NCBI GenBank assembly: GCA_963736705.1
Contig: CAVTPV010000005.1
Span: 1,632,353-1,696,352 of the forward strand
Direction of reading: 5' to 3'
Source: an uncultured Actinomycetota bacterium
GTDB lineage: Bacteria > Actinomycetota > Thermoleophilia > RBG-16-64-13
DNA: 64,000 nt
Shown: piece after piece, positions 1 through 9,225 of the stretch
How the letters are laid out: each line of letters opens with the position of its first letter
How positions within the stretch are numbered: the first letter of the stretch is position 1
The notes under the pieces: model-generated
Database searches by the model: none
What the model was told of the DNA's origin: nothing
Seen by the model: only the letters and a program-made list of their open reading frames with translations
Translations under genes and position numbers: made by a program

Positions 1-240
1 CTCGTTGCTGATGACGATCCACTCGAGGCTCGCCGCGCGGCTCACCATCTCGCGTTCTTTGGCGCCCACCCGCGGGCCGTCCGCGCCCATGGCCGCCGGC
101 AGGTAGTTGGCCAGACGCCTGCGCAGAGACAGCGCCTTGCCCACGTAGATGACGTCGCCGGCCGCCCCGCGGTACAGGTAGACCCCGGGCAGGTCCGGCG
201 CGAGCTTGATCTGTTCTGGAAGGTCTGTGGAAGCGCTCAT
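1..240 (-). CDS. uvrC: Excinuclease ABC subunit C, N-terminal part (runs off the window edge)
   Basis: Manual translation from ATG at 240: MSASTDLPEQIKLAPDLPGVYLYRGAAGDVIYVGKALSLRRRLANY, the GIY-YIG motif of UvrC. Confidence 0.9.
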   Translation of the reverse strand, partial: MSASTDLPEQIKLAPDLPGVYLYRGAAGDVIYVGKALSLRRRLANYLPAAMGADGPRVGAKEREMVSRAASLEWIVISNE

Positions 241-324
241 GGTTGCCTCTGATTCTACCCCAGTCGGCCCTGCAGAAGCCTGGGCCCATGTGGTACTGTC
301 GCCGCCTACAGGTTAGACATACTT

Positions 325-1977
325 ATGGGGGTACACGTGGCACTGGCAGGACTACCCATCGAAGAACGTGAAATGGTGCTCGATCTGCTCGCTCAGATAC
401 GCCAGCGCATGCTGACGCCTGAGAAACTGCGGCAGTGGGACGCCGACGAGACCTTCCCGGAAGAGGCCATCCGCGAACTGCTCGGCCCCAAGATCGGGCT
501 GCAGCTTCTCTTCATCCCCGAGGAGTTCGGCGGCATGGGCGGCGGCGCGCGCGACATCGCGGCGGTCTCCGAAGAGATGGCCAAGATCTGCCTGGGCGTG
601 GCGACGGCTTCCTGGCCATCCACCTGGGCACCGACCCCATCCTGGTGGGCGCCACCGACGAGCAGAAAGAGAAGTGGCTCGGCAAGCTGGCCGAAGAAGG
701 CACCATCGTGGCCTACGGGGTCACCGAGCCTGAGGCCGGCAGCAACCTGCAGAGCTTCAAGACCACGGCCGCGCCGGTCACCGGCGACGACGGCGCCGTC
801 ATCGGTTACACCATCAACGGCAGCAAGCAGTTCATCTCCAACGGCGGCTACGCCGACTTCCTCACCGTGCTCGCCGACACGCCGGAAGGCCCCACCTTCT
901 TCATCGTGGAGAAGGGCACCCCGGGCTTCACCGCCCGGCAAAGCCGAGGACAAGCACGGCATCCGCAGCTCCAACACGGCGCCGCTGACCTTCGAGAACT
1001 GCTACGTGCCGGTCGAGAACCTGGTGGGCGGCGTGCCCGGCAAGGGCCTCATCCAGGCCAACGAGGTGTTCGGCTACACGCGCCTCATGGTGGCCTGCTT
1101 CGGCCTGGGCGGCGGCGTGGCGGCCCTGCAGAAGGTCATCCCCTACGCCAAGGAGCGCATCCAGTTCGGGTCGCCGCTCATGGAGAAGCAGGGCTACACC
1201 CACAAGCTGGTGCTCCCCTACGCGGCCAAGCTCGAAGCTGCCCGCGCCTACATCGAGGAAGTGGCGGTGCGCCTCGACTCCGGTGAGTCCGACCTGCAGG
1301 TGGAAGGCGCCATCGCCAAGCTCTTCGCCACCGAGACCGGCAACGCCTGCGCCGACGCGGCCATCCAGGCCCTGGGCGGCTACGGCTACATCCGCGAGTA
1401 CGACGTCGAGAAGATCAAGCGCGACGTCAAGATCACCACCATCTACGAGGGCACCAGCGAGATCCAGCAGCTCATCATCAGCACCTTCCGCTGGCGGTCG
1501 TCCGTGCAGTCCAAGTACGAGTTCTACGAGAGCATGGCCGCGCAGATGGACGCCATCGCCGCCGAGCACGCGGACCTCAAGGCCGCCGAGTTCGCCGGCC
1601 TGGTGCGGCTGGTCAACCGGACCATCGAAGAGGCCCACAAGGCCAAGGCCACCCGCCAGCAGTATGTGATGTTCCACATCGCCAACCTGGCCACCGTCGC
1701 CGAGACCGGCGCCGCCCTCGTCAAGAAGGCCGCGGCTGCCGCCGGCTCCGACCGGGCCGGCTACCTCGCCACCTGCGCGCGGGTCAACACGGCCCTCGCC
1801 GCCCAGACGGTGTTCACCGCCGTCAACGAGATCCTCTACGGCACCCAGAAGTGGGACGCCGCGGCAGCCGCCGGCGTCTTCGCATCGTCAGGCTTCGACT
1901 ATGCCGATTCCCAGTCCGGGCTTATCCTCGATATGGACGCCCTCGCGCTGCAGGTCTCGGAAGGAGCTTTCAAGTGA
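325..1977 (+). CDS. Acyl-CoA dehydrogenase (two compensating indels near 610 and 935)
   Basis: IPEEFGGMG, YGVTEPEAGS, INGSKQFISNG, ERIQFG, QALGGYGYIREYDVE and IYEGTSEIQ motifs split over ORFs 325-1977 and 435-1286. Confidence 0.9.
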   Translation: MGVHVALAGLPIEEREMVLDLLAQIRQRMLTPEKLRQWDADETFPEEAIRELLGPKIGLQLLFIPEEFGGMGGGARDIAAVSEEMAKICLGVATASWPSTWAPTPSWWAPPTSRKRSGSASWPKKAPSWPTGSPSLRPAATCRASRPRPRRSPATTAPSSVTPSTAASSSSPTAATPTSSPCSPTRRKAPPSSSWRRAPRASPPGKAEDKHGIRSSNTAPLTFENCYVPVENLVGGVPGKGLIQANEVFGYTRLMVACFGLGGGVAALQKVIPYAKERIQFGSPLMEKQGYTHKLVLPYAAKLEAARAYIEEVAVRLDSGESDLQVEGAIAKLFATETGNACADAAIQALGGYGYIREYDVEKIKRDVKITTIYEGTSEIQQLIISTFRWRSSVQSKYEFYESMAAQMDAIAAEHADLKAAEFAGLVRLVNRTIEEAHKAKATRQQYVMFHIANLATVAETGAALVKKAAAAAGSDRAGYLATCARVNTALAAQTVFTAVNEILYGTQKWDAAAAAGVFASSGFDYADSQSGLILDMDALALQVSEGAFK

Positions 1978-3033
1978 AAGACATCGGCGCGCTGCTGGAG
2001 ATGTTCTCGGACGCCCACGGCATGTCGGGGTACGAGGACGACGTGGCGGCGCTGCTGCGCAAGGAGTTCGAGCCCCTGGTGGACGAGGTCCAGACCGACA
2101 AGATGGGCAACGTCATCGGCATCCGCCGCGGCGAGGGCCCCAAGGTCATGGTGGCCGCCCACATGGACGAGATCGGGCTGGCCGTCTCTCACATCGACGA
2201 TGAGGGCTTCATCAAGTTCGTCTCGGTCGGCGGCTTCTTCGACCCCATCATCCTCGGGCCAACGCGTGCTCATCCACGGGCAGGGTGGCAAGGTCCTGAC
2301 AGGAGTCGTCGGAGCCCGCCCCGTCCACCTCATGGACGCCGAAGAGCGCAAGAAGATGCCCAAGCTCAAGGAGATGTTCGTCGACTGCGGCGCTCACAGC
2401 GTGCAGAACGCCACGGAGCTGGGCGTGGAGATCGGTTCGCCCATCACCCTGGACCGCCAGTTCACCAAGCTGGCCAACGACTTCGTCACCGGCAAGGCGT
2501 TCGACAACCGCGCCGGCCTGGTGATGATGGTCTCGGCGCTGCAGCGCCTGCAGGGCCGCACCGTGAAGGCGACCGTCATGGCCGTGGGCACCGTGCAGGA
2601 GGAAGTGGGCCTCAAGGGCGCGCGCACCAGCGCGTTCGGGCTCGACCCGGACGTGGCCATCGCCACAGACGTCACCATCCCGGGCGACCACCCGGGGATC
2701 ACCAAGAACGAGTGCCACGTGTGCACGGGCAAGGGCCCGGGCATCACCATCATGGACGCGGCAGGCCGGGGCGTCATCGCCCCCAGGCCGGTCATCCGGT
2801 GGCTGCGCGAGTCGGCCGACATGGAGACCATCCCCTACCAGCTCTTCGTGGGCGATGGGGGCAACACCGACGCGACGGTCATCAGCATCACGAGGGCGGG
2901 CATCCCGTGCAGCGTCATCAGCTGCCCCACGCGCTACATCCACTCGCCGGTGGAGGTCCTCTCGCTACGCGACCTGGAGAACGGGGCCGCTCTCATCGCC
3001 GCCGCCATCGATAGGGCGCACCTGCACTTCTAG
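1974..3033 (+). CDS. M42 family metallopeptidase (TET-like aminopeptidase), frameshift near 2255
   Basis: AAHMDEIG, KAFDNRAG, TVQEEVGLKGA, GGNTDA and RYIHSPVE motifs. Confidence 0.9.
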
Positions 3034-3049
3034 GGAGCGGAGTGCGCCG

Positions 3050-3401
3050 TCAGTCGATCTCCCGACATTTGACCCGGGCGGAGTAGTCGACGTCGCGCGG
3101 CGGCCGGGCAGCCTGCCGCACGTCACGGACCATCCACAGCAGCGCGCTGACGTCTTCTTCGCGTCCGACCTCGTGGCCCACCCAGCGCGGCGACAGCCAG
3201 GCGCCTGTGCACGACGCGCTGGCGCCGTCCGGATCGGCCTTCTCCTCCCGCCTCTCGCGCCTCGACCGCCTCCGCGAAAGCCACCCGATAGAACAGCCGC
3301 GAGTGCATGCGCACCTCGTCAAGGACGTCCACGTCGATCGACGTGCCATCCCAGAACCAGCCCTCCCCTTGATCCTCCAGCCGCAGCCGCACGACGCTCA
3401 C
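3050..3401 (-). CDS. Hypothetical protein (frameshift near 3210)
   Basis: GTG start overlaps the stop of the upstream lipoprotein; protein-like segments VSVVRLRLEDQGEGWFW... and AWLSPRWVGHEVG... lie in two frames. Confidence 0.45.
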
Positions 3402-4471
3402 TCGCCCTCCCCTGGTCCCCACTCCACCAGCACCACCGGAGTCTCGGTCTTGCGCGTCGTCCATGTGTCGAAGCGGAGCGTGTGGACGAGCGAGACCTCT
3501 CCCGGACTGAACTGGAATGCTACCGCACCTGTCACGGTCTCCCCGGGATCGAGCGTGCCTGGCTTGAGCGCTGGGGTCACCGAGGTCTGCAGTCCGTCGC
3601 CGCCTCCGCTCCAGCCTTCACGCGCCGAAGTGAGGGACAGCCACGACAGGTCGTAGCTGCGGGATTCGTTCCCGACGTTCTCGATGGTCACCATGCAGTA
3701 GACGACGATGCCGTCCGGCGCGGGTTCGACCGGGCGGCCAGCGGGATCGATCTGCGGGGCCGTGGCCGTCAGGCGAAGGGCTCCCTCGACCGTGACCGTC
3801 TCGCCCCATCCGGCTTTCACGGCCACACGCGCAGGGTCCCACATGCCCAGAGTGGTGGGTCCGCCGCCTTCGCGGATGCGCGCTTTGAGTTCGTCCAACT
3901 CAAGGACCATCTCGTCCTGGTCCCCAACTACGCCCTGATTGAAGTACCGCCCGTCTTCCTCGACCCAAAGCGAGTTCCCCCCGGATATCAGCCAGTACGC
4001 GTCGGCCGGCTGGTACACGCCTCCGCCGTAGAGCTCGGTGCTCTGGTAGCCGAAGGCCATCACATGGTCCCCCACGGTGAACCGGCCGCCGCCGGTGGGG
4101 CTGTTCCACCACACGGCTCGGAAGGCGATGGGCGTCCCCCACTGGGGCACGCCCCGCAGCGTCTCCTCCGGCTCCACATAGAACGTCTGGTAGACCACAG
4201 CCGTTTGCGACCCGCTGCTGGGCTTCCAGGATCGCCCGTCATCGCTGTTCCAGCGAGGCGTATCCACCTGCACGACGGTGCCCAACACAACGAGTTCGGA
4301 TTCGTTCGTCCAATGCTCGATGTTCATGTTGGGGTAGTCCCACTCGATGAGCACCGAAGGCATCGGGCCAAGCTCGACCTGGTCCGAAGGTCCCGGCGGC
4401 GTCGAGGCGCATCCGAGCAGTCCCGCAAGCGCGGCGCAAAGGGCACACACAATGGCTGCTCTGCTCAACAC
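3398..4471 (-). CDS. Lipoprotein with a C-terminal DUF4352-like Ig domain
   Basis: GGAGG RBS before GTG at 4471; hydrophobic signal with lipobox LLGC; C-terminal VTIENVG...LKPGTLDPGETVTGAVAF. Confidence 0.6.
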   Translation of the reverse strand: MLSRAAIVCALCAALAGLLGCASTPPGPSDQVELGPMPSVLIEWDYPNMNIEHWTNESELVVLGTVVQVDTPRWNSDDGRSWKPSSGSQTAVVYQTFYVEPEETLRGVPQWGTPIAFRAVWWNSPTGGGRFTVGDHVMAFGYQSTELYGGGVYQPADAYWLISGGNSLWVEEDGRYFNQGVVGDQDEMVLELDELKARIREGGGPTTLGMWDPARVAVKAGWGETVTVEGALRLTATAPQIDPAGRPVEPAPDGIVVYCMVTIENVGNESRSYDLSWLSLTSAREGWSGGGDGLQTSVTPALKPGTLDPGETVTGAVAFQFSPGEVSLVHTLRFDTWTTRKTETPVVLVEWGPGEGE

Positions 4472-4602
4472 GAGCGATACCTCCTGAGAGATCCTCTCGG
4501 CACCTTTCGTCAAGCATGACACAAGACGCGGCGCGCCTGCGCGCGTTGTTCGCGGCCGAACTGGGAAAGAAGCGGTTGTCCCTACAAGAAGGAGGCTGTC
4601 CC

Positions 4603-6197
4603 ATGGCCGACGACCTGTTCAGCAACGAGCCCGCCGCCGATTTCTCGCGGGCTGCCGATCGGGAGAGCATGACGGCCGCCCTCGCCACAGTGCGCGCCTC
4701 GTTCGGGCAGCACCTATCCGCTCTTCATCGACGGCAGGGACGAGGCCGAGCGACCCACGGCCGCGTCCGTGAACCCGGCCCGCCCGGCCGAGGTGGTGGG
4801 ATACGCCTGCCAGGCGAACGCCGAAGACATCGACGCAGCCGTCGCCGCGGCCAAGGCCGCCTTGACCACCTGGCGCGAGACCGACCCCAGGGTCCGGGCC
4901 GCCTACCTGCAGCGCGCCGCCTCCGCGCTTCGCGGCCGCAAGTGGGAGGCCACCGCGCTGCTCGTGTTCGAGGTGGCGAAGCAGTGGGAGCAGTCGAGCC
5001 ACGACGTCTCGGAGGCCATCGACTTCCTCGAGTACTACGCGCGGGAGATGGTGCGCCTGGCAAAGCCGGTGCGACTGCCGTCGATGCCCGGGGAGCCGGA
5101 GGCGAACCGGCTCTTCTACGAGCCGCGCGGGGTCGCGGCCGTCATCGCCCCGTGGAACTTCCCGCTGGCCATCAGCTGCGGCATGACCGCGGCGGCCATC
5201 GTCACGGGCGACTGCGTGGTCTACAAGCCTTCCAGCCTGTCCCCCGTCACCGGGCGCCTTCTGGTGGACCTCTTCTGCGAAGCGGACCTCCCGCCCGGCG
5301 TGTTCAACTACGTGCCCTGCGGCGGAGGAGGTCTGGGCGATCGCCTGGTGGACCACCCTGACGTCGCTCTCATAGCGTTCACCGGATCGCAGGAGGTGGG
5401 GCTCCGGATCAACGAACGGGCTGCCAAGGCGCAACCGGGACAGCGGCACATCAAGAAGGTCATCACGGAACTGGGGGGCAAGAACGCCATCATCGTGGAC
5501 GAGGGCGCCGACATCACGGACGTGGTGCCGCGCATCATCCGCTCGGCATTCGCCTTCCAGGGACAGAAGTGCTCGGCCTGCTCGCGGGTGATCGCCCTCG
5601 AGAGCGTCTACGACCGAGCTCCTGGAGGAGCTGGTCGCCGCCGTGCGGTCGCTGAGTCTCGGCCCGCCCGAGTCGGGCGGCGCCGATGTCGGCCCCGTGA
5701 TAGAGGCCGCCGCGCAGACCCGCATCCTGAGCTACGTCGATTCCCCGGAACTCGCCGGCCGCATCGCCTACCGGAGCGAGCTGCCCGACCCCGAGGTCGC
5801 CGCGGGCGGGTTCTACGTGCCGGTCACCATCGTCGGAGATGTCACCGCTGCCGATCGCATCGCCCAGGACGAGCTCTTCGGCCCGGTGCTCTCCGTGATG
5901 CGGGCCAGAGACTTCGACCATGCGCTCGACCTGGCCGTGTCGACGCCGTACGCCCTCACCGGAGGCGTGTTCTCGTCAGACCGCGAGCACCTGGCCAAGG
6001 CGGTCACGCGGTTCCGGGTGGGCAATCTCTACCTCAACCGGGCGATAACCGGGGCCGTGGTCGGCCGGCAGCCGTTCGGCGGCTTCGGCCTGTCGGGAGG
6101 GGGCACGAAGGCCGGCGGCCCGGACTACCTGCCCCATTTCATGAACCCACGAACGGTCACGGAAAGGTATCTTGGGGATATCCGAGTGCTCGACTGA
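4603..6197 (+). CDS. L-glutamate gamma-semialdehyde (1-pyrroline-5-carboxylate) dehydrogenase, RocA/PutA-C type, frameshifted
   Basis: FSNEPAADF, EAIDFLEYY, IAPWNFP, FTGS, ELGGKN, FQGQKCSACSR, ELFGP and QPFGGFGLSG motifs. Confidence 0.88.
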
Positions 6198-6237
6198 ACA
6201 GACAAGGAAACCGCCGATCCTCGAAAGGCCTGGTCCC

Positions 6238-7104
6238 ATGAAGATCTCCCGGCTGCTCCAGACCAGAATGACCTTCTCCTTCGAAGTGTTCCCGCCCAAG
6301 ACCGACAAGGGCATGGCGAACCTCATGGCCGCCCTGCCGCACTTCTACGACTTCAAGCCGGACTTCGTCAGCTGCACGTACGGCGCCGGCGGGACCAACG
6401 CGGGGCCCCACATGGAGGTGTGCCGGACGCTCAAGGAGCACGCGTCCTCTGAAGTGCTGGCTCACTTCACCTGCATCGGCAACACCAAGGCCGAGATCAC
6501 CAGCGCGCTCGAGCAGTATCGGGCCATCGGCGTCGAGAACATCCTGGCCATGCGCGGCGATCTTCCGGCAGGCTGGGACAGCACCCGGGGCGACTTCAGC
6601 TACGCCGATGGACTCATCAGGTACATCCGAGACGGATTCTCAGATTTCACCATCGCCGCCGCCTGCTACCCGGAGAAACACCTCTCGGCGCCTTCGTTCG
6701 CGGCCGACATCGCTCACCTGCGCAGCAAGCAGGACGGCGGGGCCGAGTTCTTGCTGTCGCAGTTGTGCCATGACGTCGGCGCGTTCGAGCGGTTCGTCTC
6801 CATGATGAGAAGCGCCGGCGTCACCATCCCGGTGGTGGTCGGGCTCATGCCGGTGCTGGACAAGGACGCCCTCCTGCGCATGACCCTGAGCAACGGCTGT
6901 TCGATCCCCGCCGACCTGGCCGCCGTCATCGGCCGCTACGGCGAGAACCCCGAGGACTTCAAGAAGGCCGGCATCGAGTACACCATCGGCCAGATCCACA
7001 GGTTCATGGCCGCCGGCATCGACGGGCTGCACATCTACACCTTGAACAAGTGGGAAGACACCGAGGCGATCGTGAACGGGGCGGGGATCCGCAAGGACAT
7101 CTGA
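6238..7104 (+). CDS. metF: Methylenetetrahydrofolate reductase
   Basis: FSFEVFPPK, SCTYGAGG, HFTC, LAMRGD, CYPEKH and GLHIYTLN motifs. Confidence 0.92.
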   Translation: MKISRLLQTRMTFSFEVFPPKTDKGMANLMAALPHFYDFKPDFVSCTYGAGGTNAGPHMEVCRTLKEHASSEVLAHFTCIGNTKAEITSALEQYRAIGVENILAMRGDLPAGWDSTRGDFSYADGLIRYIRDGFSDFTIAAACYPEKHLSAPSFAADIAHLRSKQDGGAEFLLSQLCHDVGAFERFVSMMRSAGVTIPVVVGLMPVLDKDALLRMTLSNGCSIPADLAAVIGRYGENPEDFKKAGIEYTIGQIHRFMAAGIDGLHIYTLNKWEDTEAIVNGAGIRKDI

Positions 7105-7206
7105 GGCGCGCCGGAGCCGGCTCGCGAGCAGGCGTGTAGCACCACGCGCTTGGCCGGGCTCTGCTGAACGGCCTTCGAGCACGCTAGGCGTTTGCGCTGG
7201 GATTTC

Positions 7207-7401
7207 TCACCTTGGCGGCCCTTGGCCGACTGGCGTGAATCCCACTTTGCCGCACTTCCGGCATTCGTACTCGATATTCCGGAAGAGATGCTGGCCGATA
7301 TCGCCCCTCACGACCTTCCAGTCGTGGTCGCAGCCCGCTTGTAGAGCTGCGTTCCGCTGCCGCTCACCCCTGAGTGTCTGCCACCGTTCCAGGACTCGCA
7401 T
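7207..7401 (-). CDS. Small hypothetical protein with CxH...CxxC (zinc-ribbon-like)
   Basis: 64 aa ORF with GAGGAG RBS; GCDHDW...YECRKCGK. Confidence 0.55.
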   Translation of the reverse strand: MRVLERWQTLRGERQRNAALQAGCDHDWKVVRGDIGQHLFRNIEYECRKCGKVGFTPVGQGPPR

Positions 7402-7499
7402 GGGTAGTCTCCTCTCGGTCTCACGGCAGAGGGTACTCCTGTCCGAAAATCAAGGAAAGTGAACAGGGACCGATTCGTTTGGCGAAAGAAGACGGGGCT

Positions 7500-7820
7500 C
7501 TACTGTACGGTATTCGAACACTCTGACTGGCGAGAACACAAGCTGTCGTGGCTAGTCCCTCGCGGTTAGGGCCGGGTGCAAGGGTAGCCCGGGACGTAGC
7601 CTCTCAACCAAGCACTTCGCATGGGCGTAGAGTTGCTGCGACTCCTCCCGGCTGCTCGTCGGGAAAACGGCCAGTAGGACTGCGGATGATTCATGAAGGG
7701 CCTCACCGCAAAAGCAGCAAACTACTTCCTGGGACTGGTTCATCTCCGTCCTTTCTATGCGACTTGGGGCGATGATAGACCGTGCGGGCGCGGGGGGGCT
7801 ACTGTACGGTATTCGAACAC
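7500..7820. repeat. 22 bp exact direct repeat CTACTGTACGGTATTCGAACAC (7500-7521 and 7799-7820)
   Basis: Read directly; the two copies are 299 bp apart. Confidence 0.9.
7552..7743 (-). CDS. Small hypothetical protein with CxxC...HxxC
   Basis: AGAAAGGACGGAG before ATG at 7743; MNQSQEVVCCFCGE...YAHAKCL. Confidence 0.6.
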   Translation of the reverse strand: MNQSQEVVCCFCGEALHESSAVLLAVFPTSSREESQQLYAHAKCLVERLRPGLPLHPALTARD

Positions 7821-7849
7821 GCCAGCCGCTTGCGGTAGGATTCCTAAGC

Positions 7850-8374
7850 ATGATGGGGATGCGAAAATGCAGAGCACGAATCGCCCACAAGGCGAGTGCG
7901 TACCTGCTCGCCATCTTTCTCGCAGCCGTTCTCGTTACTGGATGCGGCGGCGAGAAACTGGATGCGGTCCAAGCGAGGATGGGGCAGCTACTGGCCGAAC
8001 AGAGCCAGCTGCGGCAATTCCTGGAGGTCGACTTCTACGGGATCGGCGAAGATGTGAACATATGGGCCCCGCTTCCCTCTGACTATTCTTCTTTCCCAGA
8101 TCAAGTCTCACTCAGAAACGGCAAACTCGAGATCCCGGCGGGAGTAAGCGATAAGGTTCGTGCGGCCCTAACAAGATACGAGCCGCAGATAGTAGCGGTA
8201 TTCAAGGAATTCGGTTGTCGTGGTCTAGTGCTAGCTAGTAACCCCCATCAGATTCAGATGGATTTCGACGCTGTGAACATCGGCGGCTCTTTAGGCACAC
8301 AGTCACTAGGCTATCCTAGCGGTACAGGCCCGCTGTCTGGCCGATGGCCGCCCTTACGCTCGCTGCGGGACTGA
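7850..8374 (+). CDS. Putative lipoprotein (lower GC)
   Basis: Basic N-terminus, hydrophobic stretch and lipobox VTGC within ORF 7757-8374; start approximate. Confidence 0.5.
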   Translation: MMGMRKCRARIAHKASAYLLAIFLAAVLVTGCGGEKLDAVQARMGQLLAEQSQLRQFLEVDFYGIGEDVNIWAPLPSDYSSFPDQVSLRNGKLEIPAGVSDKVRAALTRYEPQIVAVFKEFGCRGLVLASNPHQIQMDFDAVNIGGSLGTQSLGYPSGTGPLSGRWPPLRSLRD

Positions 8375-9104
8375 TCTGGCCAGCTCTAGGCGGTTCCGCG
8401 ACGGCAGCGGCCAGATCTCGGCCAGCTGCAGAATGCCAGACTCGGGAGCCTTGGCTGGCTCTCAGATAAGGGACAGGGTCATCGGGAACCAGCGCTCAGG
8501 GCAATGTTCGTCGCAACTGGCGTAGCGTTGATGAATCTGGCCCCAGCCAGTGTTCGCCTTGCCGACCGATGGGGAGATCTGGCGTCGTCGGTAACCGCAT
8601 GCTCGCATGCCGGCTCTGAAAGATCGGGCGGGCAGAGCGTCCTCTAGTTGCTTGGCCACCGTCAGTCTTGTGGGCGAGATACCGGGCGCAGCTAGGCACC
8701 GTATCCGGTGACTTGCACCGCCGGATAGTTCGGGCTGCCAATGGGCGGCGCCCGGCCTCTGCGACGTGAACGGGGGCTACTGGCATGGATAGGCAAGATA
8801 TGGCTCGACAACTCGAGAGTATCCGTCAGACCCTTGCTAGATCGTCCGTACATAGCCTGAGCTGACTCCAGCAGCCTGCTCAGGTCACTCCACATTAGAA
8901 TCTCGACCACCGGTGGTCACATCGTCTCCGTCGGCCTCGCACACAGCGGTCGCACGCAGCCAGTCCTCGTACGGCTGGTGCTGCGGCGGCGGTCCCTGGC
9001 GATCGTGGACCCAATAGAGACAAGCCCGCGATCTGCAGGTCAGGCGAACCGACTTGTTCGAGCGGATGTTTCAGCGCCTCGATGTCAGACTCAGCTGAAC
9101 TATC

Positions 9105-9128
9105 TGGTGGGGGCTACAGGATTTGAAC
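9105..9128 (-). other. Isolated tRNA 3' end fragment (possible att-site scar)
   Basis: Reverse strand reads GTTCAAATCCTGTAGCCCCCACCA (T-loop, T-stem 3' strand, acceptor 3' strand, CCA); no matching 5' half upstream. Confidence 0.65.
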
Positions 9129-9225
9129 GCCCCGAACCAAGCCGACCTCAGTACCCCGAGCGAGCCCGCTGGGCATGACCCCGTACCTTACGCGTCTCTC
9201 TGGCGGGCGCTGCGAAATCTGCCGC

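Noticed and set aside
7500-7820. CRISPR or integron interpretation of the 22 bp repeat
   Set aside because: Only two copies, a 277 bp gene-containing spacer, no cas or intI gene, and no attC core sites
8462-8910. Overlapping short minus-strand ORFs in the low-GC islet
   Set aside because: No recognisable motif or consistent frame; cannot be supported as a gene or a named pseudogene
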